Positions 61,001 through 64,000 of a stretch of DNA of 64,000 nucleotides are shown in pieces; positions within the stretch are counted from its first letter, which is position 1, and every line of letters begins with the position of its first letter. A program made the position numbers and the translations under genes. The stretch is from Eledone cirrhosa (lineage: Eukaryota), in assembly GCA_964016885.1 (NCBI GenBank), contig OZ024750.1:22754001-22818000 (forward strand). Reading direction: 5' to 3'. The notes below the pieces were generated by a model. That model did not search any database, was not told the origin of the DNA, and worked only from the letters and a program-made list of their open reading frames with translations.

Positions 61001-63906
61001 ATACTTAGTCTAGTGATTCTTCCACTGTTTGAAGTACATCTGGTATGTTTCTTCCAAAATGGTTCTCGGCTCCGTCATCGCACTCTGCATAATGTCCTCT
61101 TGGCTCTCAAAGACGACAGGAGCCATGTCTGAAGAGTAAGGAGTCTATTGAATAAACAAAATACTTTTCTTTGTCAAAAACCTTGGATCAGCTGCGACGA
61201 AGGAGATGGAGCATTGTCATGATGTGGCTGCTAGTTTTGCAAAGCCTGCAGATACAGTCTCTTGTACTGAACTTTATCATGAAGACATTGTAGGACTTCC
61301 TGATAGTATTCCTTTATAACTCTTTGTCCTTCTGGTGCATATTCAGGATGCATAACAGCTCAGTAGTCAAAGATAAGTCAGCATCACTTTCATTTTGCTC
61401 TTGGGGATCCAGCCAGATCAGTTGGAGATGGTTGCTTCTGACAAGGCCGGCTGGAAGGAGTGTTTGAGGACTCTTCCCTCACAACCCTCTCATGAATAAG
61501 TGGGAAAAGAAGGGTTGGGAGTCTCAATATGTAAACTAAACAGCTAATACTGGTTTTTAAAAAAAGTTCAAGGGAGATAACCTAGAACTATTATCGATAC
61601 CCCCCCCCCCCCATTATTTGGGACCCGTGAGTACCAACTTTACACGCATGTTTAAATTGACTGAATGAATAGATAATATATATTGATTCTTATTATAGGA
61701 AAAAAGTAAAGGAAAATATACTGCATGAGGAGAAGTTGGGCCAAAAACAGAAGATGGAAATGACAATCAAAGAAAAAGAAGCTATCAAATCACAGAAAGA
61801 AACATTAAGTTATGAAAGTTATAAACATTGGTTAACACGGAAGGTAACACTTTTTCAGTCACACCGTAGTTCTTTCCTTTGCAGGTATGTCTAATACCGT
61901 TCCTGGCTACATACTGTGAATATATTTAACGCACACCATCATGTTCTGGTTCAGATCCCACCTTTCATCTTACTGGTTCAATAAAATAAAACAAGCATTA
62001 GGACCAATTGATCGATTTTCCACCTCTCCAAATGTTAGCCTTGTGCTTAAATTAGAAATTATTATTATGTAAAGGTGTTTGACTTAATGGTTATGTTATT
62101 GGGTTCACGATCTTGTGAGTTTGATTCCTGAACTAGGCGGTACATAGGGCCCTGGAACAAGACAATTTATTTTAAGTTGCTACAGTCCACTCTGTTGGAA
62201 AAAATGAGTTGTAACAACAATGGTTGGTTTGTGATACTTCACAACCCATTCTTCTACTCCAGAATGCAATGTGTGGACTTGATAAAATATCTAGTACTCC
62301 CTGCTTCTGGTTGTGACATATACTATGCCTTCCCACAGAATCAACTTTGTCACTTCCTCTCCTGGATCTCGTGTACAAGTTTCTGAGAAACAGTCAATAT
62401 TCTTTGATCTTACTTATTCAGGGGAGGTTTCTGTACAGGCATTCATTTGTCATGTGGTGCTGCCCTCGACACATAGCAACAATCAAGACTCTTTTCTGGT
62501 CGTTTCCTGAATGAGTCAACAGTGGGTAGGAACAGTTTCTGTGAACTAACAAACTGTAGCCACCCCATGTGAAATATGACATATAACAAGTATTTTAATA
62601 ATAATGAAATTATTGTGTAAAGTGCTCAGGTGCACTACAACTCGTCAAAGATGCATGTATAGTTCATAGAATAATACACAAATGTCAGGGAAGTGAATAG
62701 TGTATGAGTCATGATATACATGTGTGTATGGAAGAGGAACATTAGGTGTAGTATTGGCGAATCTCGGGAAGCATGGAGGCCTTAAAGGATGCAGTGTCTC
62801 GACAGTTAACAACCGATGTAGGTAGTTTGCTTCAGCAACTCTAAGCGTGAAAAAATGTTTCCAAAAGTCATGGTAACTGTACTGTTTCCTGATTTTGTGG
62901 GCATGCCCACGTGTGTTAGACACATGGAAATCAAAAAGGTACTCAGGGTTGTTGGCAAGATGGTTAACAATTTTGTGGGTGTTTACCAAGTCAGTTGCCA
63001 AACATCGGGGCTTCAATGTATCCATGCCCAGGGAAGCAAGGTGCTCAGAGTATGGTAGATGCCTGATGGAGGGTATTCGCTTGGTTGCACGTTTCTAAAC
63101 AGTTTCCAGGCAGTCAATGTTCTGAGCAAGATAGAATTTGCATCACCAGTGTGGCTGCACAATAGCCACGTACAGCCTTACATAGATAGCAAGACCTTTG
63201 TCAGCCACTCTCCAGCTGAGTGATGCTAAGACACCCTCGGCCCTCTTGACAATTTTAGAGATGTGCTTTGTCCAACGCAAATCGCTGCTGACCGTAATGC
63301 CCAGATCACGTTCACAAGAAAACTTCTTGATATTAGTGCTGTGGACGCTGGGTTTTTACTCCGAAAATGCATGGTGGTGCACTTGTCCACAGCTAGCTTG
63401 AGATCCATTGTTGCATTGTGTCCAGGTCAGACTGCAAGCAAGATCTAGTGTTCAGGATCTGTCCTTTATATCTCAAGGTACAGTTTGATGTCATCTGTGT
63501 ACTTTAGCAAGGAAAATGGCCTTATGCTACAGTACTAAAGTAGAGGTTAGCATTGTGTACCCCATGACAAACTTCATTTCTTCCCCTTCCACTACATTCA
63601 TTTCTAACACTCCTTTTACCCAGTCAGTTTTATCTTTCTTCAATACAACTTAGTTATCTTATTCTATTTCTCAACAAATGACCCAGCTATCTCATGCCAT
63701 TTTATTTTCACAACGTTCATTATTATTACTATTCCTCTCCTAATTATTTTCATCCTTTCTCAACCATCTCATAATATTCTATTTTGTTTAAATATCAGGA
63801 AGAAACTGAGAAAGAAGCGACATTAAGAAAACGACAGAACTCAAATTACTTTGAACCAAAATCAGTTTGGAGACCTCCCAGTAGAACAGTAAAACCAACT
63901 CAGTAA
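49024..63906 (+). CDS. MAP9: Microtubule-associated protein 9 (MAP9/ASAP)-like, about 716 aa, 10 coding exons
   Basis: Phase-consistent exons: 49024-49177, 50825-51146, 52444-52490, 54863-54983, 56925-57677, 58651-58840, 59318-59482, 60713-60858, 61699-61843, 63799-63906. N-terminal SFQLEL motif. K/E-rich helical C-terminus with periodic F/Y-x-x-W (TFKIW, TFNAW, CFEIW, AFMTW, SYKHW), ending WRPPSRTV, like the MAP9 WSPPSRTV as recalled. Confidence 0.85.
49725..50305. repeat. 57-bp minisatellite, about 10 copies, in a MAP9 intron
   Basis: GTTAAACTGG recurs every 57 bp from 49728 to 50296 (one 55-bp unit). Confidence 0.95.
53641..54165 (-). mobile_element. RTE-clade LINE 3' fragment with (GAT)n tail
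   Basis: TKGRLYDACVRCAMLHGSEIW...RRLRWYGHMMCM...GRPRKTW. Confidence 0.88.
55060..55438. repeat. 48-bp minisatellite, about 8 copies, derived from a SINE internal segment
   Basis: Unit TGGCACCAGCACTACCACTTTACAGTGTGGGCTGGGTACATTGTATTG with 48-bp period. Confidence 0.88.
55789..56313 (-). mobile_element. RTE-clade LINE 3' fragment (open frame)
   Basis: GWKKFRELLPLL...KGRLYDACIRTAMLHGSETW...RRLRWYGHVMRMKDD...GRPKMTW. Confidence 0.92.
60990..61405 (-). mobile_element. Decayed mariner transposase fragment
   Basis: Across frameshifts the minus strand gives KMKVMLT, EYAPEGQ, KEYYQEVL, HHDNAP and PYSSDMAP (mariner HDNA and YSPDLAP motifs). Confidence 0.7.
62580..63540 (-). mobile_element. CR1/L2-like LINE fragment (end of RT to 3' UTR)
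   Basis: TDDIKLY, VDKCTTMHF, DLRWTKHI, LETV-KRATKRIP, NTRGHAHKI, KHFFTLRV across frames. Confidence 0.8.
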
Positions 63907-64000
63907 TACAAAATATATTTAAGGTTTGAATATAACGTATTTTTGCATTTAGTTGCAGTGGCAATATATTTATTAGCCCCCTATGTGGGTGTCAGCAGAC

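Noticed and set aside
1580-63906. CEP57 and MAP9 as a functional centrosome/microtubule gene cluster
   Set aside because: They are separated by unrelated genes; proximity alone is not evidence without synteny data.

Overview
AT-rich, intron-rich animal genomic DNA. The tRNA-derived SINEs with (GAT)n tails, RTE LINE debris and (TA)n/(CAT)n microsatellites suggest an octopus or other cephalopod, but this is inference. Four spliced protein-coding genes were rebuilt by hand with phase-consistent GT-AG exons. (1) A CEP57-like gene (+, 1580-16264) whose N-terminus is a fourfold tandem duplication of an exon module. (2) A two-exon LigB/DODA-type extradiol dioxygenase (+, 19263-21762). (3) A multi-exon C2H2 zinc-finger gene (-, 27339-42708) with a duplicated first coding exon. 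(4) A MAP9/ASAP-like gene (+, 49024-63906). Introns and intergenic DNA hold SINEs, RTE, CR1/L2, Tx1 and RLE-type LINE fragments, a mariner remnant, three TTAA-flanked MITE families, minisatellites and many fold-back inverted repeats. The most notable signals are type I hammerhead ribozyme motifs arranged as inverted pairs inside palindromes in the zinc-finger first intron, the animal DODA-like enzyme lacking the usual HNL motif, and the exon-module expansion of CEP57.
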